This document shows, one piece after another, positions 12,786 through 26,142 of a stretch of DNA of 50,577 bases. Position numbers and translations under genes: made by a program. Position 1 is the stretch's first letter; each line of letters opens with the position of its first letter. The notes below the pieces were generated by a model. That model saw only the letters and a program-made list of their open reading frames with translations. It was not told where the DNA came from and searched no databases. This DNA comes from Octopus bimaculoides (lineage: Eukaryota): contig NC_068984.1 in NCBI RefSeq assembly GCF_001194135.2, forward strand, positions 79,421,503-79,472,079, written 5' to 3'.

Positions 12786-12898
12786 TATATATCCAAAATT
12801 TTAAATTTAAAAGAGAGTTTTGACGCTGATATCCATTATTATTGAAATTTATTCCTATGTCAACATTTCTCTTTTAAATTTAAAATTTTGGATATATA
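12786..12898. mobile_element. ~113-bp MITE-like palindrome with perfect 31-bp terminal inverted repeats
   Basis: 12786-12816 tatatatccaaaattttaaatttaaaagaga is the exact reverse complement of 12868-12898. TA-rich ends. Confidence 0.7.
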
Positions 12899-13019
12899 AC
12901 CAAGGAGAACGATCCTTAAGGAGTTTACTTTAGACTTTTTGCAGAGAAATCTCTTGCTATATTGGTAGCAATTACATGTTTTTCTCATCATCAACACATT
13001 GTAGAGATATCATCATATG

Positions 13020-13057
<38 letters not shown>

Positions 13058-13799
13058 GTGTGTGTGTGTGTGTGTATATATTTATCTAAATCATGTACGA
13101 CTCTATTCTCTTATTCTTTTATTCTTTCCTTTTTCTATCAGCCCTTTCACGCTTATGTCGTTCATTCCACTCTTTGTTCTTTCGTTCCCCCTCTCTCACA
13201 TTTCATTGCCTTCTCTTCATGCTCACTTTTCCTCCTCTTTTCACATCATTCTGTCCCTGTCATTTTTTCTCGCCCCCCACCCTTATTTCTTCTGTACCTC
13301 TGCCTCTACTGCTCTCTCTTCTCTCCCCACATAACGGGTGTTCAGCCAAGCCTGACCTTTCTTTCTCAGTTCAGCCATTGCCCGTGCAACATCTATATTC
13401 TTCCCTGTGCATGTGAAATATTGTATCCCTGCCGTAAGGCTTTACTTCCACACATGCCAGCTTAATTTAATTCGTCTTTAGCCAAAAGACACCTGTTGTT
13501 ATGTCCTGTTATTTGTATTTGTGTAATTTTCTCCATTTTTTCTGCCCTTGTTTTCATATACATCAGCTGCTTTCTTCCAATGAATTTAATGCTCTTAGCT
13601 TATATTTTCCTTGGGGATGGCCAGATTGGGGCAATCTCAAGTATAACCAGCCGAAATTGCAAAGATAATCTGAAACTTGACTGAGGAAAGAAAACTCCAA
13701 ATGACCTGTCCTTGTTTCCTTTGTATCATCTATCTGGATGTTTTGTTGTCCCTTTTATCTCCTAACTGTTTTGATGTTTTGTGTTCTTGTCCCATTTTG

Positions 13800-13831
<32 letters not shown>

Positions 13832-13949
13832 NNNNNNNNNNNNNNNNNNNNNNNNNNNNNNNNNNNNNNNNNNNNNNNNNNNNNNNNNNNNNNNNNNNNN
13901 NNNNNNNNNNNNNNNNNNNNNNNNNNNNNNNNNNNNNNNNNNNNNNNAC

Positions 13950-13988
<39 letters not shown>

Positions 13989-13999
13989 TATATATATGT

Positions 14000-14044
<45 letters not shown>

Positions 14045-14997
14045 AACACATATATATATATACATATATATATACACACACACACATGTATACACACACA
14101 CATAAATGTTATATTCATTTCTAATGTAGGCTCATGGCTACAAAACTTTTGGCTGTTAGTGAGAGATCAATTTTCCCACTTTTCCCACAGTATTCAACTG
14201 ATATTTTATTCTATAGATACCTCGCAAGGATAAAAGGCAAAGCTGCCTTCAGCAAGATTTGAACTCAGAAAGTAAAGCACCAGAATAAATACCATAATGC
14301 AATATGTCCCACACTATTGTTTCTGCAAAATCTACTGCCCCGATATATATACTGTAATAACAGCCAAATGAGTTGTACAGCTTAATAAGGCAGCATTGCT
14401 CTGTTCTGCAAAAGCAAAGTTACGTCAATATCCCTAAAATTACGGAGCAAAATATGAAAAATACTTTTTATTTATATATATATATATTTCACATTTCTCA
14501 TCAAACAACCATCGCTTTTCTTTATTTTTTATTCTGTGCGTGATCAAAAATATTATCTTTCATCTCATATCCTTTCTTTTAGTTCTTTAATAACTAGAAA
14601 TGTTCTGGAAGATGGCTAAGGCGAAACACATTACCATTGTTATTGTCTGTCTAATATAGTTTCTTAATATCCGTGTACAAGTTGTTTGTCCAGCTTTTCC
14701 TTTTAAGACTTTCTCTTCTTTCTTAATCCATTGTATATGCTACATAATTATATACAATTTCAATCAGGGACCCATTATTATAAACTGTAATTTTGTAATA
14801 CAATGTCTTTGACAATAAAATATAATAATATCTAACTATCAAGCTATCCATCTTTTTATGAATACCTCTAATTTTCATGGTAACTATCTATCTATCTATC
14901 TGTCTGTCTGTTTGCCTATTCGTCTATTTATCTCCCCTTCTGCATGTATATATATATGGATGGATGGATGGAGGGATGGATGGATAGATAGATAGAG

Positions 14998-15049
<52 letters not shown>

Positions 15050-15120
15050 TGATAGATTGATAGATAGATAGATAGATAGATAGATAGAGCACAGGTTCTT
15101 ATCTATCAATTTCTGTCTTT

Positions 15121-15336
15121 ACTCTCTTTTATCCTTTTACTTGTTTCAGTCATTTGACTGTGGCGATGCTGGAGCACCGCCTTTAGTCGAGCAAATCGAC
15201 CCCAGGACTTATTCTTTGTAAGCCTAGTACTTATTCTATCGGTCTTTTTTGCCAAACCGCTAAGTTACGGGGACGTAAACACACCAGCATCGGTTGTCAA
15301 GTGATGTTGGGGAGACAAACACAGACACACAAACAG

Positions 15337-15381
<45 letters not shown>
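15121..15381 (-). mobile_element. SINE family A, 3' half, cut by an assembly gap
   Basis: Homologous to 9118-9330; ends in (TA)n at the N-gap. Confidence 0.8.
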
Positions 15382-16700
15382 NNNNNNNNNNNNNNNNNNN
15401 NNNNNNNNNNNNNNNNNNNNNNNNNNNNNNNNNNNNNNNNNNNNNNNNNNNNNNNNNNNNNNNNNNNNNNNNNNNNNNNNNNNNNNNNNNNNNNNNNNNN
15501 NNNNNNNNNNNNNNNNNNNNNNNNNNNNNNNNNNNNNNNNNNNNNNNNNNNNNNNNNNNNNNNNNNNNNNNNNNNNNNNNNNNNNNNNNNNNNNNNNNNN
15601 NNNNNNNNNNNNNNNNNNNNNNNNNNNNNNNNNNNNNNNNNNNNNNNNNNNNNNNNNNNNNNNNNNNNNNNNNNNNNNNNNNNNNNNNNNNNNNNNNNNN
15701 NNNNNNNNNNNNNNNNNNNNNNNNNNNNNNNNNNNNNNNNNNNNNNNNNNNNNNNNNNNNNNNNNNNNNNNNNNNNNNNNNNNNNNNNNNNNNNNNNNNN
15801 NNNNNNNNNNNNNNNNNNNNNNNNNNNNNNNNNNNNNNNNNNNNNNNNNNNNNNNNNNNNNNNNNNNNNNNNNNNNNNNNNNNNNNNNNNNNNNNNNNNN
15901 NNNNNNNNNNNNNNNNNNNNNNNNNNNNNNNNNNNNNNNNNNNNNNNNNNNNNNNNNNNNNNNNNNNNNNNNNNTGTGTGTGTGTGTGTGTGTGTGTCTG
16001 TCTATCTGTCTGTCTGTCTGTCTGTGTGCTTGCAGACATGGCTATCTGTTTAAGGACTGTTTGCATTGAAACTTCATGATTTTGGGTTCAATCTCATTGC
16101 ATGGCACATTGGGAACATCAGTTGCCTTGTGAATAGATTTTATAGGCAAAACCTGAAACCATACAAAAGTTTGTCATACATGCTCACATGATGGCCGTCC
16201 ACTCATGACCAAGGAAAACCATTACTGACCCTCAGGAACATTGTGCGCTGAAACTGTAATCTTAAGTGCTAACACCAAACGGCAACATTAAATGCTAATC
16301 CTTGGCCCTTATGTTAGACTCTGACATGAAATCCTAACCCTAATCTTATTTCTAAAACTTAAACCCTAATACTAAACTTAATCCTAATTCTAAATACTAA
16401 CCCCAACCCTCATGCTAGCCCTATCTTTTTTTGCAGAATAACAATCTCCTATGTTTAAAGCATAAGTTTCTGGAAGAAAATGTTTGAAATGTAAATGTTA
16501 CTACCAGCTATGTACTTTAAAATTAAGTAAGGTAAAAACAAAAAGATTAAAAATTGTAATTTGGTAAAACAGATGTTTAAAACATAGAAATTCAAGGAAA
16601 TTTCCGTAAAGAAAAAGACATAAAATGAAAATGTCAAGTGGCATGTTTATCCGAAACTTTGCTAAACAACATTAGAGAAACAGATTGTACAAACTTGTAC

Positions 16701-16792
16701 CATGCATCAACGTAGATCATGTGATTTCCTGCAAAGAATACTTGAGGATATTTCCTTCCATATGAGTTTCTCACACTCCACATGCTTCCAGG
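16701..16792 (-). CDS. Candidate internal exon (PGSMWSVRNSYGRKYPQVFFAGNHMIYVDA-W)
   Basis: Non-repeat open frame with acceptor tttctgaacAG. Phase 0 start fits the phase-0 end of 20079-20173. The donor TG|GTACAA is weak, so the exon may instead run on to a stop. Confidence 0.4.
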
Positions 16793-18100
16793 CTGTTCAG
16801 AAACTTGTTAATATGACTTGGTTTCTTTTGGAATTAATATATGGTCTACAAACTCAAACATAGTTTGAAAGCCATGCAAAAGTTGATGCACCACATTTTT
16901 GCTCTGGTCAATGCAAATATATGTGTCAGTTTGTGTGCTATTAACTCACACACACACACACACACACACACATGCATACACACACACATACACACATCCA
17001 GAGGTTTAGTGGTACAAATGGGAGAAATAAGACCCAATATGCAAAAGTACAGCATGTATATTTATTTTTGTGTGTGTGTGTGTGTGTGTGTGCGTGCATG
17101 TATAGCGCTGTGTTTAGTACATGTGTTTTGTGTGCATGTAAATGGGTTTGCTTACTACACTGTTTATACCTATGTCTTTTATTGTTTTTTATATTCTTTT
17201 ATTTACTCCTTTATTTCATTATTTTTTTCCTTTTCTCATCCTGCCTGTATGTGTGTCTTGTGTGTGTGTGTATGGGTTTATGTATTATACTGTTAGCATC
17301 CGTGTCATTTTTTTCCTTCTCTCATTCTGTCTTTAGTCTTCATGTTGCGTAGTTTGGTGAAGGAGTGTTATTGCTCCATTCATATTTTCTGTTATGGGTC
17401 GGCCTTTCTATCACTATGTACGTGGTCTCTGTAATCTAAGTTTGTGTCAGCTCTGTGTCATGATAATATCTGAAGATATCAATACATAGAACAAACATGA
17501 CACTTAATTTTGGTAATTTTTTGCTGTTGATGCCACCAAAATGAACAATCGTGTTGTTAAAGGTCTTAAATAATTTTATCAGAACAATTATTCTTGTGCA
17601 AACTATGAAGTCATATTATGCTTGACATGAAGCCAAATAAATTTTACAACCCTGGTATATAGAATATTTTAATCACTGAAACCAGTTACCTGCTAAAAAT
17701 AAAATATCTAGAAAATTGGTCGTGGAGTTTATATTTGAAGAAAAAAGTAACACATAATGTGAGCAAGTTAGCGCAAAGAAAATCCATCCTAGCAACTTAT
17801 TAGACATAAAAGCTTAAGTACTGATTGTGGAAAGGAATCTGTCAACAGTCAGTTGATAAAAATGATAAAAAAAACAGACACAAAGTCCTTCTTAGAACTC
17901 ACACCTGTTATAAAAATCTATATGAAATTAGATCAGTATTTAAATCATTTTATCTAGAATGCCATTAAAGACTGGGGAGAGAGAATAAAATGAATGGAAA
18001 TCTATTGTTCCAAACAAAACATGTAGAACAAAAATATGACATGTTTGATTAAAAATGTTAAAACTGGAGCATTGCTGTTTGTTTCCAATAGCATATATGT

Positions 18101-19312
18101 ATCATCATCATCATAGATTAATATCCTTGCTCCATGCTGGCATAAATTGAATGGTTCAACAAGCCAGAGGACTGCATTGCACACCAGTGTCTGCTTTGGC
18201 ATGGTTTTCACAGCTGAATGATGTCCTTCCTGATGCCATCCACTTTATTCAACAAGAGGCCCTTAGTTGCCAGCAGAAGTAGGAGTTCCCTGAACTTTGC
18301 CCAAGCTATTCTTATTCTAGCCGTTACACTCTCAGAGCAACCACTCTCACTACTGACTTGGTCGCCTAGGTAGCGGAAGCTATTAACTACTTTTAGTTTT
18401 TCCCCCGGCATGTGATGGAATCTGTTTTCTGTACATCTTCAGTGTTTATTGCTCCTGTGCATCTGCCGTACACAAAAACTATTTTCCCAGTTAGCTTTCC
18501 TTTGATATTGCTGCACCTTTTATATGTCCATAGCTTATACCGGATACATCATATAGAGTTTATACCCATGCCTTTTCTACAGATCAAGCAGGGCCATCTA
18601 CCTGAAGGGGATTGTGGTTTGACAGCCTTCCTACTTACTAAGACTTTGGTCTTTGCTAGGTTAACCCTCAGGCCCTTCGATTCTAGACTTTGCTTCCACA
18701 CCCTTAACTTTGTCTCTAGTTCTGGCAGTGGCTCAGCTATTAGGGCAAGGACATCAGCATAGAGGAGCTCCCAGGGGCATCCTTTCTTGAATTCCTCTGT
18801 TATTGCTTGGAGGACTATAATGAATAAGAGGAGGCTGAGTACTGATCCTTGGTGAACCCCTACTTCTACTCGGAATTCTTCACTATACTCATTGGCAACC
18901 CTCACCTTACTAACAGCATCCCTGTACTGGGCTTGTACAGCTCTTACCAATCACTCATCTATCACCAGTTTCCACATTGACCACCAGATAAGGGATTGAG
19001 GAACCCTGTCAAAGGCTTTCTCCAAGTACAAAGGTTTATCTTTGGCTACATATTTCTCCTGCAGTTGCCTTACCAGAAATATAGCATCAGTGGTGCTTCT
19101 GCCTGGCACAAAACCAAACTACATCTCATCTAGGCTAACTTTCTCCGTAATTAGTTGGGCTATGACCCTCTCTGTAACTTTCATTGCCTGATCTAATAAT
19201 TTGATACCCCTATAGTTGTTTCTATCAAAAGCATTACCTTTACTCTTGTAACAATTGACTATGGTGCTGCTACACCAGTCATTAGATATGACTCCTTCAG
19301 GAACTATCTGAT
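18101..19312 (-). mobile_element. 5'-truncated RTE-clade LINE (RT domain, C-terminus, 3' UTR, (ATG)n tail)
   Basis: WCSSTIVNCYKSKGNAFDRNNYRGIKLL, GVHQGSVLSLLLFIIVL, PWELLYADVLAL (YADD degenerate), VNLAKTK, SFRYLGDQVSS..GCSESVTARIRIAWAKFREL. Frameshifted. Confidence 0.9.
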
Positions 19313-20078
19313 ATGTGTGCGTGTGTGTGTGTGTGTGATTGTGTGTGTGTGTATACACACACATTCAGATATCTGTTCATATGTACAAATTTACGTCATC
19401 CATTTATTAATTGGGTGTATAACACAAAGTATTCAGTGAGAAAACAATTTGAACCATCTGTTCGTTGGATAACATATTTGATTTACATAAACTTAAAAAT
19501 AAATCGATGATATTCGATGGTATAATTTTGCTAATTGCTTAATTACATTTTTGTTTAATATGATTGATACAGAATTAAAAGTATGGATTTTTGTGAATGA
19601 GGTGTCTGAAGAACATGTGAAAAATATTTGACTTGATGATTTCAATTGATTTTTTTTTTTCTTTTCGAAATGTGTAATGATCTTATTGTATATCATCATC
19701 ATCATCATCATCACAACCACCACCACCACCACCATCATTCTCTTAATCTCCACTCTTCCATGTTTTCATGGGTCAAATGTAACTTGATGGGGCAGAGATT
19801 TTCATGGCCAGATGCTCTTCCTATTGCCAACACATGCATGTTTCCATTGAATGCATGAATATCAATACAATGAAGACAAAAAGACACATTCATTCACACG
19901 CACACACACACACACACACACACACCTGCATTGGCCATGGAAAATCTGTCGCCACTAACTCTAACTCATGCAAGCATAAGAAACTGGATGTAGTCGGAGT
20001 TTAGGATGTATGAATGTTTCTTTCTGTTTTTTCTTCTGTATAATAGACGTCATCTGTAGTGCTTGTATAGCATCTCAC

Positions 20079-20173
20079 CTGTGAGGCACCAATGCATGAT
20101 GGGTCAGAATGATCACAGTGAATAATAAAGAATCTTGTGAATTCCATTTTCTTTCTCTCGTATTTTTTATAAA
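20079..20173 (-). CDS. Candidate internal exon, 95 nt (YKKYERKKMEFTRFFIIHCDHSDPSCIGASQ in phase 1-0)
   Basis: Acceptor cttcatgtctgtAG and strong donor CAG|GTGAGA. Open in two frames; unique sequence. Confidence 0.5.
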
Positions 20174-20522
20174 CTACAGACATGAAGAAATTCCTCAAGT
20201 AAATCTAGTGGCATATACTGCCATACTGTTGATGACATCAGATAACCAAATACTGTGAATGGGCTTTAAATGGCATACTACAAGGTGTATACCCAAATGA
20301 AAAATTATTACACATCTATACATACATACATACATACATAATCTTAAAATAAAAACCCCACAAATCTTGCACTAACAGCTTGATAAATGGCAGAATAAAT
20401 TATTATTTCAACTAGGAAACCTCAGGTAGCTGTAATATCAAGATTTGAGGTTTTCCATTTTAAGATTATCCTTATACTCTTGGCTGATCAAGTGCTTTTC
20501 TACCTTACCACATAACTACATA

Positions 20523-20558
<36 letters not shown>

Positions 20559-20631
20559 TGTATGTATGTATGTATGCATGCATGCATGCATGTATGTATG
20601 CATGTATGTATGCATGTATGTATGCATGTAT

Positions 20632-20935
20632 GTTTGAATGTGGTGTGTGCCAGAGGGCTTGCAAATCCAATGGGTGGTCTTAAAAGACATGTTAGGATCC
20701 ACAATGAGCAGAACTTACCTGCAGGTATTGGTAGTACAAATCAGAGGTGCAATCTGTGTGGGTGTTTTTTCAAAACATTGTCTGGTTTAAAAAGCCACAT
20801 CAGACGCCATGAAAGGGCTAAGGTGTAGGTGCAGGAGGTGGTCAAACTCTGTGTAAGGAGTAGACAACCACCATGTATGCATGCATGCATGTATGTATGT
20901 ATGTATGTATGTATGCATGTATGTATGTATGTATA
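20632..20935 (+). mobile_element. 3' end of a LINE (probably RTE-like) encoding two C2H2 zinc fingers, with an (ATGT/ATGC)n tail
   Basis: FECGVCQRACKS-(frameshift)-GGLKRHVRIH...CNLCGCFFKTLSGLKSHIRRHERAKV*, followed by a ~45-nt UTR and a microsatellite tail. No TGEKP linker, so not a canonical tandem zinc-finger gene. Confidence 0.65.
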
Positions 20936-22072
20936 TGCACACACACATACACACACAAATGTAACTGACTCCCACAATATTTCCACTGTTAAAAAGTATT
21001 AATCAAAACAATGTTATGTCATAACAAAAGGTGATTGGTTAAGGCATTGCTTAATGGCATGAAAACTCAAATCCACAGGGGCAGCAATGCAAACCTCTTA
21101 ACCACAGATCCATGGCTGCGCACATGCATCCATAACTTTACACCCATACCTTGCGCACATGTAGACAAAATACATTTATGGAAATTCTTTTGTTTACATT
21201 GCATCTGTTTTGATTTTTGACTCTTCTGTGCATTTTGCTTTCATTATTGATTACAACATAACATGTTTACTTCACGCTGTAAAGTATATCTATTCTAAAA
21301 GCATAGTTCAAATTAATGAGTAATATTGGAATGATAGGTAAACTGCAATTATTATCATTGTTAATGTAGCAATGAAAATAATTATCACTGCACAGCCAAA
21401 CAGTTTCATGCAACATATTGACAGGTGTATGTGCATGTGCATGTGTATGTGTGTGTGTGTGTGTGTGCATGGGCGTATGTGCATGGGCATGTGTGTGTCG
21501 GTGTGTGAATGTATATGCCTGATGCTGTATAGTGTAAAATATAGAATATTTTCCCGCTGCCAAAGTATATTTAATGGGCCCACATCATATTTTGAAATGA
21601 TTTCTCCCTTCGTCATGTCAGCTAGATCTAACGATAACAATCCTTGAATATATCCTCAAAGGGCCAACCTTGTCACACTCTGTGTCATGCTGAATTTCCC
21701 TGAGAACTACATTAAGGGTACACATGTCTGTGGAGTGCTCAGCCACATGCACGTTAATTTCATGAGCAGGCTCTTCCATTGATTGGATCAACTGGAACTC
21801 ACATCGTTGTTGTTGAAAGAGTACCAGTTAGTTGAAATATATATTTAAATATAAATATACATATATAGATATCTTGTGAGCATGTGTCTGTGTTGTGCTT
21901 TAATCAATCCATATCTAATGTACTATAGCATTACATAGACCTAGGAAATCAATGCTAGCACATTCACCTTACAACATCTGTACTGTGAAGAATTTAGGAC
22001 AGACAGCCATCGAGATATGGTAGTGAAATGCCTACTGTGATCCAAAGTCAGCAATGGGTAAAGAGAGGTATA

Positions 22073-23949
22073 CCATAAAAACCTATGTAATTAGTGCACC
22101 TGTGTAACTTATGCAGGTGATTTTCAGGATAAAAATTGTTAAAAAAAGCTTCAACTCGTGTAAAATTTGCACCCAAAAGTTTTCAGAATTGCTATGACCA
22201 GGGGAAAAAGGTTTCAATTTAGTTGTATTTAGCATAATTTCACTTACTTATGATTAGATGTTATTAAATTTTCATTAAATAAAAATAATTTGTTTAACAG
22301 ATATCACATTAAAAGCTGTTAAATCACAAAGTGTTTGTGTTGTTTATAATAAACACTATTTTACATTTCTTGCCCACAAGAGATTATGTCTGATCTTTAG
22401 AGTACTTCTGTATGCCTTCTCATATCATAATCACAGGAGAAGTTGTTGATAATTCTTATCAACAAAAACAAAGCTGATAAACAAAAACAAAAACAAAGCT
22501 GATAAATCTACACAAGTGTTGCAAAACAAGTTTAATTACCAATAAACATCAGCTTGGATGGCACTTTACTCAGCTGACAGAGGAAGGTGACTGTTCAAAC
22601 TGATTATGTAAACAGAATTCTGATTGGTCGAAAGTGTCTTCTTATTTCTTTACTGCCCACAAGGCGCTACACACAGAGGGCACAAACAAGGACAGACAAA
22701 CGGATTAAGTCGATTATATTGACCCAAGTGCATAACTGGTACTTATTTAATCGACCCTGAAAGGATGAAAGGCAAAGTCGACCTCGGCGGAATTTGAACT
22801 CAGAACGTAGCAGCAGATGAAATANNNNNNNNNNAAAGTCGACCTCGGCGGAATTTGAACTCAGAACGTAGCAGCAGATGAAATACCGCTAAGCATTTCG
22901 CCCGGTGTGCTAACATTTCTGCCAGCTCACCACCTTATGTCTACAAAAGTGTCTTCTTGTCTCAAGCTTTAATTTTCTGTCTATTCTTGTTGGAACCTTT
23001 GATATGGAGTATCGAGATTTTAATAATCCCTTTCACACTTGTAAAATGTCAGGCAAATTTTAAAATTTGTCATTACCATTTTAGCTGGGAGACCAAACTG
23101 ATAGTTTGGTAACCCACTAAAATAAGCATTAAAAATCAAAAGGAGAAAATAAACAGCTTTGCAAGTTTAACTCAGTGTTTATTGAATAAGAGAGGAGCAA
23201 ATTTTAAGAAGTGACCTGTTAGAATATACACGTCTCTGAGGAGATATAAACAAGAATAGCAAAAATCTACTATACCAAAAGAACTTGTAATACATACATT
23301 ACAAGTGTTCTATGAAGAGAACATAAGATTGCTGCATAATTCAACATGAATGTGAAACAACATTAAACATCATATAAGGTAAATGAAGGTTTCTGTAGGA
23401 ACGCTAAGTCATATTCACTTAGTGAGTTTACATGCACAAGGATGAATTATGATGTTGTCATTGTTGATGTTAGATGTAGTAAGAACTCATAGCAATGATA
23501 TCGGCAGTGAAGAATTTCATTGAGTTGTACCATGGAGAAAGCGAGCAAATAGCTTCCTGGTGCAAATACAAGCTAGACTCTCTAAGCAGAGAAAAACTGA
23601 TCTTTTTAAGGAAATTGCTGGGTTCCATTGCGATAGGTAGAAACTCCAAGCAATGTAAAATATGGCCTAGACCGTGATTACCAGTATGAACGTCAAACTT
23701 CAAAAAGTAGTTAACCATTGAATGGTTTTAGTAAATTTATACAGAGAAATTAAAAGTCAACTTCAGTATATTTTTTTCTTTGAAAACCTATTCTGATATT
23801 AAATGAGTCAACTTCCTCTACATCATTTTTCAACAAAAAAAAATTCTAAAAAAATTCTGGAAACGATCTACTCATGTAATTTACACACTCCCTAAAATTT
23901 AATTTTGTTTTTGTGAAAAAAAGTGCGTAAATTACATGGGTTGTTATGG
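22073..23949. mobile_element. Decayed pogo/Tc2-like DNA transposon with TA target-site duplication
   Basis: TIR ccataaaaacctatgtaattagtgcac versus reverse complement of the right end ccataacaacccatgtaatttacgcac (22/27). TA at 22071-22072 and 23950-23951. Subterminal inverted copy of the TIR motif at about 23866-23890. Interior has no intact ORF. Confidence 0.7.
22642..22936 (-). mobile_element. tRNA-derived SINE, family B, nested in the pogo-like element
   Basis: Homologous to 41694-41912, 30894-31033 and 31668-31870 (aaagtcgacctcggcggaatttgaactc; ctaagcatttcgcccgg). Confidence 0.85.
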
Positions 23950-23980
23950 TAATCATTTATAAAAATAAAGGAAATACTTG

Positions 23981-24446
<466 letters not shown>

Positions 24447-25257
24447 AGGTTGAGGTGATATTATTATTAGTACATCCATCAGTGATGACCAGAGACATCA
24501 AACAGGAGAAGACAGGGCATGGTGTGTTTGGCTGAGGTTGATCACCCTGATGAGAGCTGAGAAGATATTGAAATATGATATGGTAAGATTTCATATGACA
24601 GTTAAACTTTTACTGACTCAGAGACAAGTAGATGAAAATAGATAAGATGAATGTACTACAAGTAGTACCAAAGTATATTATGTAGGGCAGATTAGTTCAT
24701 TAAACTCACAATGAGAAAAATAATCTGTGATTTAATTCTATCAGCCTTTTTGAATAAGTACCAGGTTTAATTCTATTTACAGGAGTCTGTAATCTTTGGA
24801 TGAGAAAATATTTCAAATCTAAGCTAAGAAAAATAAAAGGAATTCAGTATGTACAGTATAATCTAAGGTGCGGGGAGGGGAACACAGATACAGAAAGAAA
24901 TAAGAACCAATAAAAAAGTACAATAAATTAAATCAATAAATTGATAGGAGAGAATTAAGATGTTAGAAAATTAAACATAGTTAAGAGTACTAAGATAGCT
25001 AAATGCATCATCTTGAAGAATTATTTAGGATACCCAAAATACCAACTAATTTAATACCTTTAAAAGCAAGTGAAAAGCTTGGGATATTAATGTAAACCTA
25101 ATATTGATTTCAGATTTTGGCACTAGGTCAGCAATTTCGGGACTGGGGTAAGTCCTCAACTGGTACTTAATTTATCGACCTTGGAAAAGTAAAAGGTAAA
25201 GTTGTCCATAGTAAAATTTGACCGTGGTGAAATTATGCCCTACATAATTTGAAATGT

Positions 25258-25724
25258 GAAGACCTGTTGGGGCAAGTGAAATCGAAATCGTAATTGAACC
25301 AAATTCAATGACTGGCACCTGTGCCAGTGGAGCACTAACAGCACCATCCGAGTGTGATCATTGCCAGAGCAGCTGTCTGACTTCCATGCTGGTGGCACGT
25401 AAATAGCACCATTTGAGCGTGATCGTTACCAGTGTCATCTTACTGGCATTTGTGCCAGTGGCACCTGAAAAAAAGACATTCAAGCAAGGTTGTTGCCAGT
25501 GCCGCTGGACTGGCTCCTGTGCGGGTGGCATGTAGAAAACACCATTTTGAGTGTGGCTGTTGCCAGTACCACTTGACTGGCCCTCGTGGGTGCTTTTATG
25601 TGCCACTGGCATGAAGGCCAGTCAGGCAGTACTGGCAATGGCCACGCTCACAATGGTGTTTTTTATGTATCACCTGCACAGGAGCCAGTCCAGCGGCACT
25701 GGCAACGACCTCACTCAAATGTTT
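25258..25724. mobile_element. RTE-LINE 3' UTR fragment with internal tandem repeats, folded back on itself
   Basis: Homologous to 32030-32360. 25476-25588 and 25610-25722 are inverted copies of each other. Confidence 0.75.
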
Positions 25725-25727
25725 TTA

Positions 25728-25781
<54 letters not shown>

Positions 25782-26107
25782 TATCATTTTCTGATTGAAT
25801 TGCATTTTATTTCATCTTCTCACAGGGTCTCAATCAGAGACCTAAGGCACGTATGTATTAGATGGAGAGAAACATCCTGAGAAATTAATTATTATTAATA
25901 TGAGTATTAGTATTACGCGAAGGTTACCTTTACCTTTCGTCCTTTCGGGGTCGATTAAATAAGTACCAGTTACACACTGGGTAGACGTAATCGACTTAAT
26001 CTCTTCCTCCAAATTTGAGGCTTTGTACTTCCAGAAGAAAGGATTACTATTATCATTATTATTATCATCATCATCATTATTATTATTAGTAGTAGTAGTA
26101 GTAATAA

Positions 26108-26142
<35 letters not shown>

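Noticed and set aside
4480-14740. Further minus-strand exon candidates (11593-11618, 8142-8178, 6098-6171, about 5951, about 4580, about 14634-14738)
   Set aside because: Splice-like signals exist, but phases cannot be chained unambiguously (some joins create TGA) and no domain supports them. This is expected noise in AT-rich DNA.
22774-22885. Exact 51-nt tandem duplication within SINE B
   Set aside because: The two copies flank a 10-N gap and are identical, which indicates an unmerged contig overlap.
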